A stretch of DNA of 64,000 nucleotides from an uncultured Alphaproteobacteria bacterium. Lineage in GTDB: Bacteria > Pseudomonadota > Alphaproteobacteria > HIMB59. Position 1 is the first letter of the stretch. Every line of letters starts with the position of its first letter. This document shows, piece by piece, positions 51,496 to 64,000 of this stretch. The notes under the pieces were generated by a model. It was given only the letters and a program-made list of their open reading frames with translations. It was not told where the DNA came from and searched no databases. The position numbers and the translations under genes are program-made. Location of the stretch: contig CACKEA010000001.1 in NCBI GenBank assembly GCA_902599045.1, positions 204,985-268,984 on the forward strand. Direction: 5' to 3'.

Positions 51496-51654
51496 TTAAT
51501 CGTCGCCTGTAACTGCATCCTTAACTTTGTTGTAACCTTTAGATACAGTCCCTGCTACTGCGTCGTAAGCATCATTTGCCTTCTCACTTACACTGGCACA
51601 ACTTGTGGTTAAAAATAATGAAGAAATTAATATTAATAAGAGTTTTTTTGACAT
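51496..51654 (-). CDS. Small lipoprotein, 52 aa (not in ORF track)
   Basis: MSKKLLLILISSLFLTTS-C signal/lipobox-like, then amphipathic ASVSEKANDAYDAVAGTVSKGYNKVKDAVTGDD. Confidence 0.7.
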   Translation of the reverse strand: MSKKLLLILISSLFLTTSCASVSEKANDAYDAVAGTVSKGYNKVKDAVTGDD

Positions 51655-51728
51655 ATTCGGAATTATGAAAAAATCACATAAAAAGTCAATTTATTTAAAC
51701 TGAAAATTAAAATATATTAGAATTAATA

Positions 51729-51908
51729 ATGTTTGATGAGGAAGAGTCTATAAAAAAACCGAAACCATTAGATTTTGATGATTTGAGCATTGAGGAAATT
51801 GAGGAAATGATTGATGATCATAAATCTGAAATCAGCAACCTTGAAGCATTGTTAAAGAAGAAAAAAGATAAGCTAAAGTTAGCTGATACGTTTTTTAAAA
51901 AAAACTAA
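51729..51908 (+). CDS. DUF1192-like small coiled-coil protein, 59 aa (not in ORF track)
   Basis: MFDEE...DDLSIEEIEE.I...KSEI..LE......AD.FFK. Confidence 0.75.
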   Translation: MFDEEESIKKPKPLDFDDLSIEEIEEMIDDHKSEISNLEALLKKKKDKLKLADTFFKKN

Positions 51909-52195
51909 TATCCTTCGATTAAAATTAGGTCACTTTTTGTGCTTTTTTGTCTAATCTCTATGGCTTTTGAATAATCAATTGATTCATAGCACTTTTTAGC
52001 ACTTTCAAAGCTATCAAATTCTACTACCGTAGTTCGATCGACTGGCCACTCTCCTTCGACAACTTCAAATTTTCCTCCCCTTATTATGTATTTTCCTCCA
52101 TATTTCTTCATCACTTCTGTGGATAAAACAGGGTATTTTTGAAATAATATGGGGTCATGTATGGAAACCCTGACAATAATGTATCCTTTTTTCAT
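51905..52195 (-). CDS. DUF1330 domain protein
   Basis: YGGKYI.RGG..EV.EG.W, VEF.S.E.AK..Y.S.DY. Confidence 0.88.
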   Translation of the reverse strand: MKKGYIIVRVSIHDPILFQKYPVLSTEVMKKYGGKYIIRGGKFEVVEGEWPVDRTTVVEFDSFESAKKCYESIDYSKAIEIRQKSTKSDLILIEGY

Positions 52196-52377
52196 AATTG
52201 GAAAATAAGTTAATACTTTTAAACAGAGTTATCCACAGTAATTTGATAGGTGTCTAGTTTATTAAAAAATATGTGATAATTTCATTTTAGTTTTAACAAC
52301 AAAAAAACTAATTATATCAAGTTTTTTTTGTATTTTGTTCTTTTTAAAACAAAACTCTCAATTTGCATGTGTAATTA

Positions 52378-52851
52378 TTGAGAAATAATATTATTCTTTT
52401 AAAAGTTATGCACAGGCAACTCCCTACTCTATTTAAACTATTATTTTATCTTATTTTTCAAGCTTTTTTTGTAATAAATTTGTCATATTCCGATCACCTC
52501 ACAGCAAAAGTTACTGGATTTGTTGATGCAACAAGTCCAATTCACGTCCTTGGATATGATAGGAAATATTTCTTTGAAAAGAACTCTGCACCATTATTTA
52601 TCGTCATAGAGCAAGATATAAACAAATTTAATAAAATTAATTTAAAGGCATTTCCTCATATAAATATTGGCTTGTTTGTTTTTCAAGACACTGACGGAGA
52701 TGGGCAATTCACAACAAATTTTAAAGGACAGCCTTTAGAGCCATTTGGCTTTTCTTTAAATCCTGACTATAAATTTGAAGACGTTGTCTTTGAAAATATA
52801 GTTTTTGATATGACTAAGTTCAATCAAGTTGAAATTCAACTTAAACAATAA
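52378..52851 (+). CDS. DUF2141-like exported protein
   Basis: VFQD.DGDG.F..N..G.P.EPFGFS.NP. Confidence 0.7.
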   Translation: MRNNIILLKVMHRQLPTLFKLLFYLIFQAFFVINLSYSDHLTAKVTGFVDATSPIHVLGYDRKYFFEKNSAPLFIVIEQDINKFNKINLKAFPHINIGLFVFQDTDGDGQFTTNFKGQPLEPFGFSLNPDYKFEDVVFENIVFDMTKFNQVEIQLKQ

Positions 52852-54706
52852 TATTCAATATTTTTTTTACTGCCTCACCTAAAGAAATCTTAGAAGTATC
52901 AATTTCTAAATCTGGATTTATCGGTTTTTCATAAACACTGTCTATACCTGTAAAGTTTGGTATTTTTCCTTGCCTTGCTTTTTTATACAAACCTTTAGGG
53001 TCTCTTTTTTCAGCTACTTTTAAAGGAGTGGAAATAAAAATTTCTTTGAAATCACTTTTTTCAAAAAGTGATCGAGCCATTTCTCTTTCTAATCTGAATG
53101 GCGATATAAAAGCAGTAATGACTATAAGACCAGCATCACACATAAGCTTTGCAACCTCTGCTACCCTTCTTATATTTTCTATTCGATCTTTATCTGTAAA
53201 ACCTAAATCTTTATTTAATCCATATCTAATATTGTCTCCATCAAGAATGTAGGTTTTTTTACCTTGGGAGTATAATTTTTTTTCAAGTTCATTAGCCAAA
53301 GTAGATTTTCCAGAGCCAGAGAGACCAGTCATCCAAAGCACTTGACCCTTATGTCCATTAATTTTTTCTCTAAGATTTTTATTTATAGATAAATTTTGAA
53401 TTTGGATATTTTGGGATCTTCGAAGAGCAAAATTTATCATACCCATCCCAATAGTTTGATTGCTTATTGGATCAATAATTATTAAAGAACCTAAAGTTTT
53501 ATTTTCTTTAAAAGTTGAATAGGGAATGTCTTTATTGAAGGAAACAGAAATTTCTGCAACATCATTAAGTTTCAACTCATCCCGGACATCAAATTCAAGT
53601 GTATTTACATTATATATTTTTTTAATACTCATAATTTTAATACTTGTAGATATATTATGAATTTTGGCTAAGTACGTTCTCCCATTAAAACATTTCTCCT
53701 CTGACATCCAAATAACATTCAAATTAAATTGATCAGCCATTTCTATAACTGATTTTTTTGAACAAAGAACATCGCCTCTCGAGGTATCTATCTCTTTATT
53801 TAATGTAATGGTAACACTTTGCTTTAAACCCGCAGATTTTATTGATTTTTCTCCAATCAGAATATCTTTTACTTTAGCTTTTTGATTAGATGGAAGCGAT
53901 ATTAGTTCGTCGCCTATTTTAATTTTCCCACAAGTAATAGTTCCAGAATATCCCCTGAAATTTAAATCAGGTCGATTAACCCTTTGAACAGGAAATATGA
54001 AACCATATTTATTAGAGTTTTGAGATTTTGTAGTTTCTAAATAATCAAATAAAGTTTTATCAGAATACCATTTCATATTTTTCGATTTATTATGAATATT
54101 ATCTCCTTTAAGAGCTGATATAGGTATGCTTTGAATTTTTTTAAAATTTAATTTTTTTGAAAATGATATGTATTCAGAACTTAACTTTTCATATATTTTT
54201 TTATCATAGCCAATTAAATCCATTTTATTAATTGCCAAGACAATATTTTGAATTCCAAGAAGAGAAACAATAAAAGAATGTCTCTTAGTCTGTGTGAGTA
54301 TACCATTTCGAGCATCAACTAGTAAGATAGCCATATCAGCTGTTGAGGCCCCGGTAGCCATATTTCTAGTGTATTGTTCGTGTCCAGGTGTATCTGCAAC
54401 AATGAACTTTCTTTTACTACTAGAGAAAAATCGATAAGCTACATCAATCGTAATACCTTGTTCTCTCTCAGCTGATAAACCATCAACTAGTAATGCAAAA
54501 TCAATATCCTCACCTTGGGTTCCATATTTTTTCGAGTCATTTTTTAAAGAGGCAACTTGATCATCAAAGATCATCTGAGATTCATAAAGCATTCTCCCAA
54601 TGAGTGTGCTTTTTCCATCATCAACAGATCCACAGGTAATAAACCTCAATAAGTCAAGAGAGGCTTGATTTTTTAAATATGTGTTTATAGTATTTGATTT
54701 GATCAT
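52841..54706 (-). CDS. cysNC: Bifunctional sulfate adenylyltransferase subunit 1 / APS kinase
   Basis: [22 protein letters not shown]-domain; [10 protein letters not shown] and LDGDNIR APS kinase. Confidence 0.96.
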   Translation of the reverse strand: MIKSNTINTYLKNQASLDLLRFITCGSVDDGKSTLIGRMLYESQMIFDDQVASLKNDSKKYGTQGEDIDFALLVDGLSAEREQGITIDVAYRFFSSSKRKFIVADTPGHEQYTRNMATGASTADMAILLVDARNGILTQTKRHSFIVSLLGIQNIVLAINKMDLIGYDKKIYEKLSSEYISFSKKLNFKKIQSIPISALKGDNIHNKSKNMKWYSDKTLFDYLETTKSQNSNKYGFIFPVQRVNRPDLNFRGYSGTITCGKIKIGDELISLPSNQKAKVKDILIGEKSIKSAGLKQSVTITLNKEIDTSRGDVLCSKKSVIEMADQFNLNVIWMSEEKCFNGRTYLAKIHNISTSIKIMSIKKIYNVNTLEFDVRDELKLNDVAEISVSFNKDIPYSTFKENKTLGSLIIIDPISNQTIGMGMINFALRRSQNIQIQNLSINKNLREKINGHKGQVLWMTGLSGSGKSTLANELEKKLYSQGKKTYILDGDNIRYGLNKDLGFTDKDRIENIRRVAEVAKLMCDAGLIVITAFISPFRLEREMARSLFEKSDFKEIFISTPLKVAEKRDPKGLYKKARQGKIPNFTGIDSVYEKPINPDLEIDTSKISLGEAVKKILNIIV

Positions 54707-56179
54707 TTAAAAATATCCATCGATTTTTTTCATTTCCATAGAACTACTTGAGTCTGAGTCGATAGCCCTTCCTTGTCTTTCAGATGTCTTAGACTGCAGG
54801 AGCTCGAGTACAATATCTTCAAGTGTATTTGCATCTGATTCAATGGCGCCAGTTAAGGGATAGCATCCAAGAGTTCTGAATCTAATTTTTTTTAATTCAA
54901 TCTTTTCATTGGATTGAAGATTAAATCGATCATCGTCGATCATAACAATCATACCATCTCTAATAACTACGGGTCTAACTTTTGCAAAATATAAGGGAAC
55001 AATTGGTATTTGTTCTTGGTAAATATATTGCCAAATATCCAGCTCTGTCCAATTTGATAATGGAAAAACTCTCGTACTTTCACCCTTATTAACTCGAGAA
55101 TTATATAAAGACCAAAGCTCCGGACGTTGATTTTTAGGATCCCATTGATGAGAGGGAGTTCTAAATGAAAAAATTCTTTCTTTGGCTCTTGATTTTTCCT
55201 CATCTCTTCTAGCGCCTCCAAAAGCAGCATCATACTTACACTTGTTTAAAATTTGCTTTAAGCCCTGTGTCTTCATAATATCAGTATGAACGACGGACCC
55301 ATGCTCAAAAGGATTTATATTTGATTTAATACCCTCAGGATTTATGTGAGTAATTAACTTCATACCACTATTTTTTGCAATCCAAGTTCTAAATAAATAC
55401 ATTTCACGAAATTTCCAACGAGTATCTACATGTACCAAAGGGAAAGGAGGAGGGCTGGGATAAAAAGCTTTTTGCGCAAGTCTTAACATCACTGAACTAT
55501 CTTTTCCTATAGAATAAAGCATGACAGGATTTTTAGTTTCACTAACAACCTCTCTAATAATGTGGATACTTTCTGCTTCTAAATCAGAGAGATAGCTGTT
55601 TTGGGGTAAGTTAAATTTTTTTAATAATTTTGTATCTTTGATATTTAATTTATTAATTTTAAATAAATAATCAGGAAAATGAATAGGGTGCTTTAATTTA
55701 TAGTTTGTTATCTTTTCATTAATCTTCTCTTCAACAAAAGTATTTAGAAGATTAATATCTGGAAAAATAATAATATTTTTTTTCCTAAGCTTTGAAAAGT
55801 ATTTTAGTCCATCAGATATATCATTAATTTTTTTAGATTTAACTTTTACCCATAATCTTCCGTTACGTCTATCGTTAGCAAATAAAAATTTTGTATTATT
55901 TACTTCAATATATTGAACAAATAAAATCAGTGATCTTTGTTTTTTAAACTTTTTTATAAAATAATCATGGATTAATTTATTTACTCGCGACTTGTGTATT
56001 TCTAAATAATTATTTAGATTTAGATTTTCTGGAAAAATAGATAACTTTTCCAGCCACCTTTCATAGGACCTCTTTGTTTTAAATAATTTTTGACCTAGAA
56101 GAAATTTATAGTGACTATCGGTATCCCATGCGGGATATTTAATTGATGGGTTAATTTTAAAAAATAAAGTATGATTCAT
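54707..56179 (-). CDS. cysD: Sulfate adenylyltransferase subunit 2 with ~195-aa N-terminal extension
   Basis: [40 protein letters not shown]. Confidence 0.93.
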   Translation of the reverse strand: MNHTLFFKINPSIKYPAWDTDSHYKFLLGQKLFKTKRSYERWLEKLSIFPENLNLNNYLEIHKSRVNKLIHDYFIKKFKKQRSLILFVQYIEVNNTKFLFANDRRNGRLWVKVKSKKINDISDGLKYFSKLRKKNIIIFPDINLLNTFVEEKINEKITNYKLKHPIHFPDYLFKINKLNIKDTKLLKKFNLPQNSYLSDLEAESIHIIREVVSETKNPVMLYSIGKDSSVMLRLAQKAFYPSPPPFPLVHVDTRWKFREMYLFRTWIAKNSGMKLITHINPEGIKSNINPFEHGSVVHTDIMKTQGLKQILNKCKYDAAFGGARRDEEKSRAKERIFSFRTPSHQWDPKNQRPELWSLYNSRVNKGESTRVFPLSNWTELDIWQYIYQEQIPIVPLYFAKVRPVVIRDGMIVMIDDDRFNLQSNEKIELKKIRFRTLGCYPLTGAIESDANTLEDIVLELLQSKTSERQGRAIDSDSSSSMEMKKIDGYF

Positions 56180-56261
56180 TATAATAAACTATCTGTCGTA
56201 TTTATGGAAAAATACAAAAAATATTTAAAATGTACACAAAAAAAATCCTTTTTTTAATAAA

Positions 56262-57026
56262 ATGCTAAAAAATGACAAAATACGACAATTTGAATTTTAC
56301 AATGAGATTAGTGTATGTCTTGAGCAATGTTCGCAAAAAATAATTGAAATTTATGAGAGTTTTGATGAAAATGTTGAGTATAAAGATGATAAAAGCCCCT
56401 TGACTCAAGCAGATTTAGAGTCACACGAACATATTTCTGCTTTGCTATCATCTATTTCAAATTATCCCATCATTTCAGAGGAGGGCAATTTAAAGTATAC
56501 AAATGAGCCTAAATATTGGCTGGTTGATCCTCTAGATGGCACTAAAGAATTTATTAACAAGAATGGAGAATTTACAGTCAATATTGCTCTTATCGAAAAT
56601 AATTATCCTATTCAAGGTTTTGTCTATGTTCCTAAAGATAAAACATTATTTTTTGGAGGACATAACAAAGGATCATTTAAGTTAAGTCATAATAATATCA
56701 AAGAAATTTTTGCCAAGTCACCCACTGATAATTTAAAGATTGTTACCAGTAGAAGCCATCTTAACGAAACTACAAGAAACTATTTATCTCGATTTAATGA
56801 CTTTGATATATTACAAGCAGGTAGTTCGTTAAAATTTTGTATGATCGCTGAGGGTCTTGCAGATTTATATCCTAGACTTGGACCTACCTGTGAATGGGAC
56901 ACAGCAGCAGCACAGGCAGTGGTAGAGGGAGCTGGAGGTAGTGTTAAAGATCTTAGCGGTGTTAGATTACAATATTCAAAGAAAGAAATACTCAATCCTC
57001 ATTTTATTGTAAGAGGAAAAATCTAA
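56262..57026 (+). CDS. cysQ: 3'(2'),5'-bisphosphate nucleotidase
   Basis: SPLT.AD, ISEE, VDPLDGTKEF, GSSLK, EWDTAA. Confidence 0.94.
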   Translation: MLKNDKIRQFEFYNEISVCLEQCSQKIIEIYESFDENVEYKDDKSPLTQADLESHEHISALLSSISNYPIISEEGNLKYTNEPKYWLVDPLDGTKEFINKNGEFTVNIALIENNYPIQGFVYVPKDKTLFFGGHNKGSFKLSHNNIKEIFAKSPTDNLKIVTSRSHLNETTRNYLSRFNDFDILQAGSSLKFCMIAEGLADLYPRLGPTCEWDTAAAQAVVEGAGGSVKDLSGVRLQYSKKEILNPHFIVRGKI

Positions 57027-57028
57027 AT

Positions 57029-58009
57029 TTATTTACTTGGATTTTTTTCCTTGTATGTCTTTTCTAAACTTATGTCGTCGACTTCAGTGTATAATTGAGT
57101 TGTAGATAAAGAGCTATGACCTAATAATTCTTGAATAATTCTCAAATCCCCTCCATTTTTTAACAAATGTGTTGCAAAACTATGTCTTAAAGAGTGTGGT
57201 GTTGCTGTTTTTGGAAGACCTAAATTAACTCTGGCATTTTTTAAATCCCTTTGAAAAGATGAAGCCTTAAGAGGACTCCCTCTGTCTCCAACAAATATCG
57301 AAACATTTTTAGGTAATTCATAAGGTATTTCGTTTAGATAATTTTCTATTGAGTTTGCAACAATATCGAGAACTGGCACTAATCTTTCCTTATTTCCTTT
57401 TCCCAAAATTGTAAGAGAATTTTTATCAACCAAATGATTCTTAGTAATTGATAAAGCCTCATTTATGCGCAGACCACACCCATATAAAAGATAGAGCAAT
57501 GCAAGATTTCTTTTTTGAATCCAAGTTTTTTTTGAAATTTTTTTTAACTCATTAATTAAAAGTTCTATATCTCCCTCTGATATAGGTTTTGGCAAAGACC
57601 TTGGAATTTTTGGATTTTTTAATAATTGAACCTCACTATAAGCAATTTTATATAAGTCATTTTTAAAAGATGTATACTTAAAATAATTCTTAATAGAACT
57701 AATAGCTCTTCTTCTAGATCTAGCTGACAAGGGTTTTTTATAAACATTTTCATATTCCCTATTTCCACCAAGGTCTGCTAACCATGCTCTAAATGTTTGT
57801 AATTTTAAATCTTTTAAACTGGATAAAGATACGGAATATCCATTATAGTACTTAAAAAAAATTAAAAAATCGCATACATCAAAACAGTATGATCTATAAG
57901 TATTTTCAGAATGTCCTTTTATATCTTTTAAATGTGTGGCCCATTTATCAAAGTCTTGTATTGAGGATTTATCTATTTTTGACCTTTCTAGCAGTTCAAT
58001 AAAATTCAT
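57029..58009 (-). CDS. xerC: Tyrosine recombinase XerC
   Basis: R (GLRINE), K (GKGNK), HSLRH, LGH, Y (TTQLY); next to priA as in many alphaproteobacteria. Confidence 0.85.
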   Translation of the reverse strand: MNFIELLERSKIDKSSIQDFDKWATHLKDIKGHSENTYRSYCFDVCDFLIFFKYYNGYSVSLSSLKDLKLQTFRAWLADLGGNREYENVYKKPLSARSRRRAISSIKNYFKYTSFKNDLYKIAYSEVQLLKNPKIPRSLPKPISEGDIELLINELKKISKKTWIQKRNLALLYLLYGCGLRINEALSITKNHLVDKNSLTILGKGNKERLVPVLDIVANSIENYLNEIPYELPKNVSIFVGDRGSPLKASSFQRDLKNARVNLGLPKTATPHSLRHSFATHLLKNGGDLRIIQELLGHSSLSTTQLYTEVDDISLEKTYKEKNPSK

Positions 58010-58042
58010 TACATTATATTATAAATTAGAATCAAAATTTAA

Positions 58043-60115
58043 ATGGATTATTATTACCAAGTCATGCCATTAGGGCAAATTAATGAGGGTTTGACTTATA
58101 AGCTATCTTATTCCATCCAGGTTGGTTCTATTGTTGAAATACCCCTTAGAAAAAAGAAATCAACTGGGGTAATTATATCTCAAATAAATATCAAAGATCT
58201 AAAATTTAATATTAATAAGGTTCTTTCAATAAGTAACGTGCACCAATTTGCTATTAGTGCAGAAAATTTAGATTTCTATAAGTATGTGTCAAAACATTGT
58301 TTCATTGATTTAGGTATGATTTTGAAAATGGCAGTGCAGCGCTTTCCTGATACACAATTAAAGAGTTATTATCTTTTTAAAAATAAAATATATGAAACTC
58401 AAAAAAGTTTAATTAGTAAATTAAATCTTTCTAAAAAAGATTGGCAAAAATTATCAGAAGAAAAAAAAATTTCTCAAATTACAAAAAGTTTTATTTTTGA
58501 TCAAATGGCACAAAATATTTCATTAAACTTTGATCAAGAAAAAATTTTCAAATCATTTGAATTTAATCAAAAAAATAATTTTCAAGTTCATTTAGTAGAT
58601 GGTGTTACGGGCTCAGGGAAAACAGAGTTATATTTGAAAGCAGTTGAGTCTAATTTAGGCAATGGTAATCAGTCTTTAATACTATTGCCAGAAATAGCCT
58701 TAACTGAGGAGTGGTCAAAGAGATTTTTTAAATATTTTGGCTGCCGACCTTTTATATGGCATTCAAAACAATCAAAAATTCAAAAAGCTAGAATAATGAG
58801 ATCTTTGTTATCAGGTGAGCCATGCGTTTTAGTTGGCGCTAGGTCATCTGTTCTCCTTCCTTTTAAAAACTTAAAATTAATTGTTTGTGATGAAGAGCAT
58901 GACTCTTCTTACAAACAAGAGGATGGACCAAAATATCAAGCAAGAGATATGGCTATATATAAAGCAAAATGTTCAAAAGCATTGTGTCTCTTAATTAGCG
59001 CATCTCCCTCACTAGAGAGTCTTCATAATTCTAGCCAAGATAAATTTAAAATTCATAACTTATCTAATCAATTTCATAAAACTCAGTTACCCTTAGTGGA
59101 AATTGTTGACATGAACCAATCAAAACCTAGTTCAAAGGCTTGGATTTCAAAACAAGTATTCGATGAGACAAATAAGATCTTAAAACAAAAAGGACAAGTA
59201 TTATTTTTTCTAAATAGAAGGGGCTATGCTCCATCTAAAATATGTGCAAGTTGTCATACACCAATACAATGCCAAAACTGTGCAGCAAATTTAGTTTATC
59301 ATAAGAAAATTGATAGGCTTGTTTGTCATCATTGTTCAAATTTTTTTGAACCTGATCAAATATGCAAGATGTGTTCATCTGAAAAGTTTGTGTCAATTGG
59401 AATAGGATTAGAAAGACTCCAAGAGGAGGTAGCACGTCTTTTTCCTGGATACTCAAATCAACTAATTTCTAGTGATACTTTGAAATCTAAAAAAAATAAA
59501 AAAGACATCATAGAAAACATATACAATTTAAAGACTAATCTTTTAATAGGTTCTCAAATAATAGGTAAGTCTTTTCATTTTCCAAATTTGAAGTTAGTAA
59601 ATATTATAGATGCTGACTCAAGTCTTTATAGTCCAGATTTTAGGGCTATGGAAAAAACCTACCAACTTTTGCAACAAGTTGCAGGAAGGTCTGGTAGAGA
59701 GGGGGACAGAGGAAAAGTTTTAATACAAACTTATAGCCCACAGCATTCAATTTACAATTCACTAAAAAACCAGAGTAGAGATCAATTCATAAAATTAGAA
59801 CTCCAAAGAAGAGAGGAAAATAATCTTCCTCCCTTTTATAAAATAGCTCAGATTCAATTAATTCATCCTAACGTCTCAGCCTTAAGAGAGGTTTGCCAAG
59901 AAATTCTCGATATTTCAAAAAATAGTAAACTTGATATTTTAGGTCCTGTTCCCTCATTGATTCCATACAAAATGAGACATTTTCATGAGAATTTCTATTT
60001 CAAGGAGAGGTCGTACCAGGCATTAAGGAAAAAAACTGACATAGTAATAACAAAAATAACCCCTAAATATAGGCGTTTTTTGAATATTGATATTGATCCA
60101 CTATCAATTGCTTGA
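58043..60115 (+). CDS. priA: Primosomal protein N' helicase
   Basis: GVTGSGKTE, DEEHD.SYKQ, LNRRG, Cys-rich zinc region, QVAGRSGR. Confidence 0.96.
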   Translation: MDYYYQVMPLGQINEGLTYKLSYSIQVGSIVEIPLRKKKSTGVIISQINIKDLKFNINKVLSISNVHQFAISAENLDFYKYVSKHCFIDLGMILKMAVQRFPDTQLKSYYLFKNKIYETQKSLISKLNLSKKDWQKLSEEKKISQITKSFIFDQMAQNISLNFDQEKIFKSFEFNQKNNFQVHLVDGVTGSGKTELYLKAVESNLGNGNQSLILLPEIALTEEWSKRFFKYFGCRPFIWHSKQSKIQKARIMRSLLSGEPCVLVGARSSVLLPFKNLKLIVCDEEHDSSYKQEDGPKYQARDMAIYKAKCSKALCLLISASPSLESLHNSSQDKFKIHNLSNQFHKTQLPLVEIVDMNQSKPSSKAWISKQVFDETNKILKQKGQVLFFLNRRGYAPSKICASCHTPIQCQNCAANLVYHKKIDRLVCHHCSNFFEPDQICKMCSSEKFVSIGIGLERLQEEVARLFPGYSNQLISSDTLKSKKNKKDIIENIYNLKTNLLIGSQIIGKSFHFPNLKLVNIIDADSSLYSPDFRAMEKTYQLLQQVAGRSGREGDRGKVLIQTYSPQHSIYNSLKNQSRDQFIKLELQRREENNLPPFYKIAQIQLIHPNVSALREVCQEILDISKNSKLDILGPVPSLIPYKMRHFHENFYFKERSYQALRKKTDIVITKITPKYRRFLNIDIDPLSIA

Positions 60116-60180
60116 TGCGTCATTTGTATGATGCCCGTAAGGCTAGTGATGTGATAAAAAATCTTGATTAACAATACAAA

Positions 60181-64000
<3,820 letters not shown>

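Noticed and set aside
52229-52237. Perfect DnaA box TTATCCACA
   Set aside because: Single copy; about one is expected by chance in 64 kb at this composition; no cluster or dnaA nearby
57029-58009. Tyrosine recombinase as the integrase of the tRNA-Arg array
   Set aside because: XerC-like, no N-terminal arm-binding domain, 13 kb away and in the conserved xerC-priA-atp context; most likely housekeeping

Overview
AT-rich (roughly 30% GC by eye), densely packed window from an alphaproteobacterial chromosome. The short spacers and gene content suggest a streamlined marine lineage (SAR11/AEGEAN-169-like; inference only). Most of it is core genome: a TRAP transporter, sdhCDAB-mdh-sucAB and acnA, glpK/glpD/gpsA, ffs-dnaX-ybaB-recR, def-fmt-truA, dapE/dapD, rpmH-rnpA-yidD-yidC-engB, panC, xerC-priA and atpHAGD. 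The most notable feature is 40937-43835. An intact tRNA-Arg(ACG) is followed on its 5' side by two tandem small cassettes (1.65 kb and 1.14 kb). Each ends in a ~155-bp repeat carrying the 5' half of the same tRNA, broken at the anticodon loop. Each is bracketed by paired TACGGG-N5-TACGGG motifs at fixed distances from the core. Only the N-terminal arm-binding stump of an integrase remains, and the second cassette holds a single cargo gene in the integrase position. This looks like an accreting array of non-autonomous integrative gene cassettes. Other items worth checking: an unassigned multi-stem RNA upstream of dctQ, an E. coli-like slippery site in dnaX, a probable AUU start codon, a homopolymer frameshift, a SucB lacking its E3-binding domain, a CysD with a ~195-aa N-terminal fusion, a BacNav-like channel with a TLSSWEQ filter, and several small ORFs missing from the ORF track.
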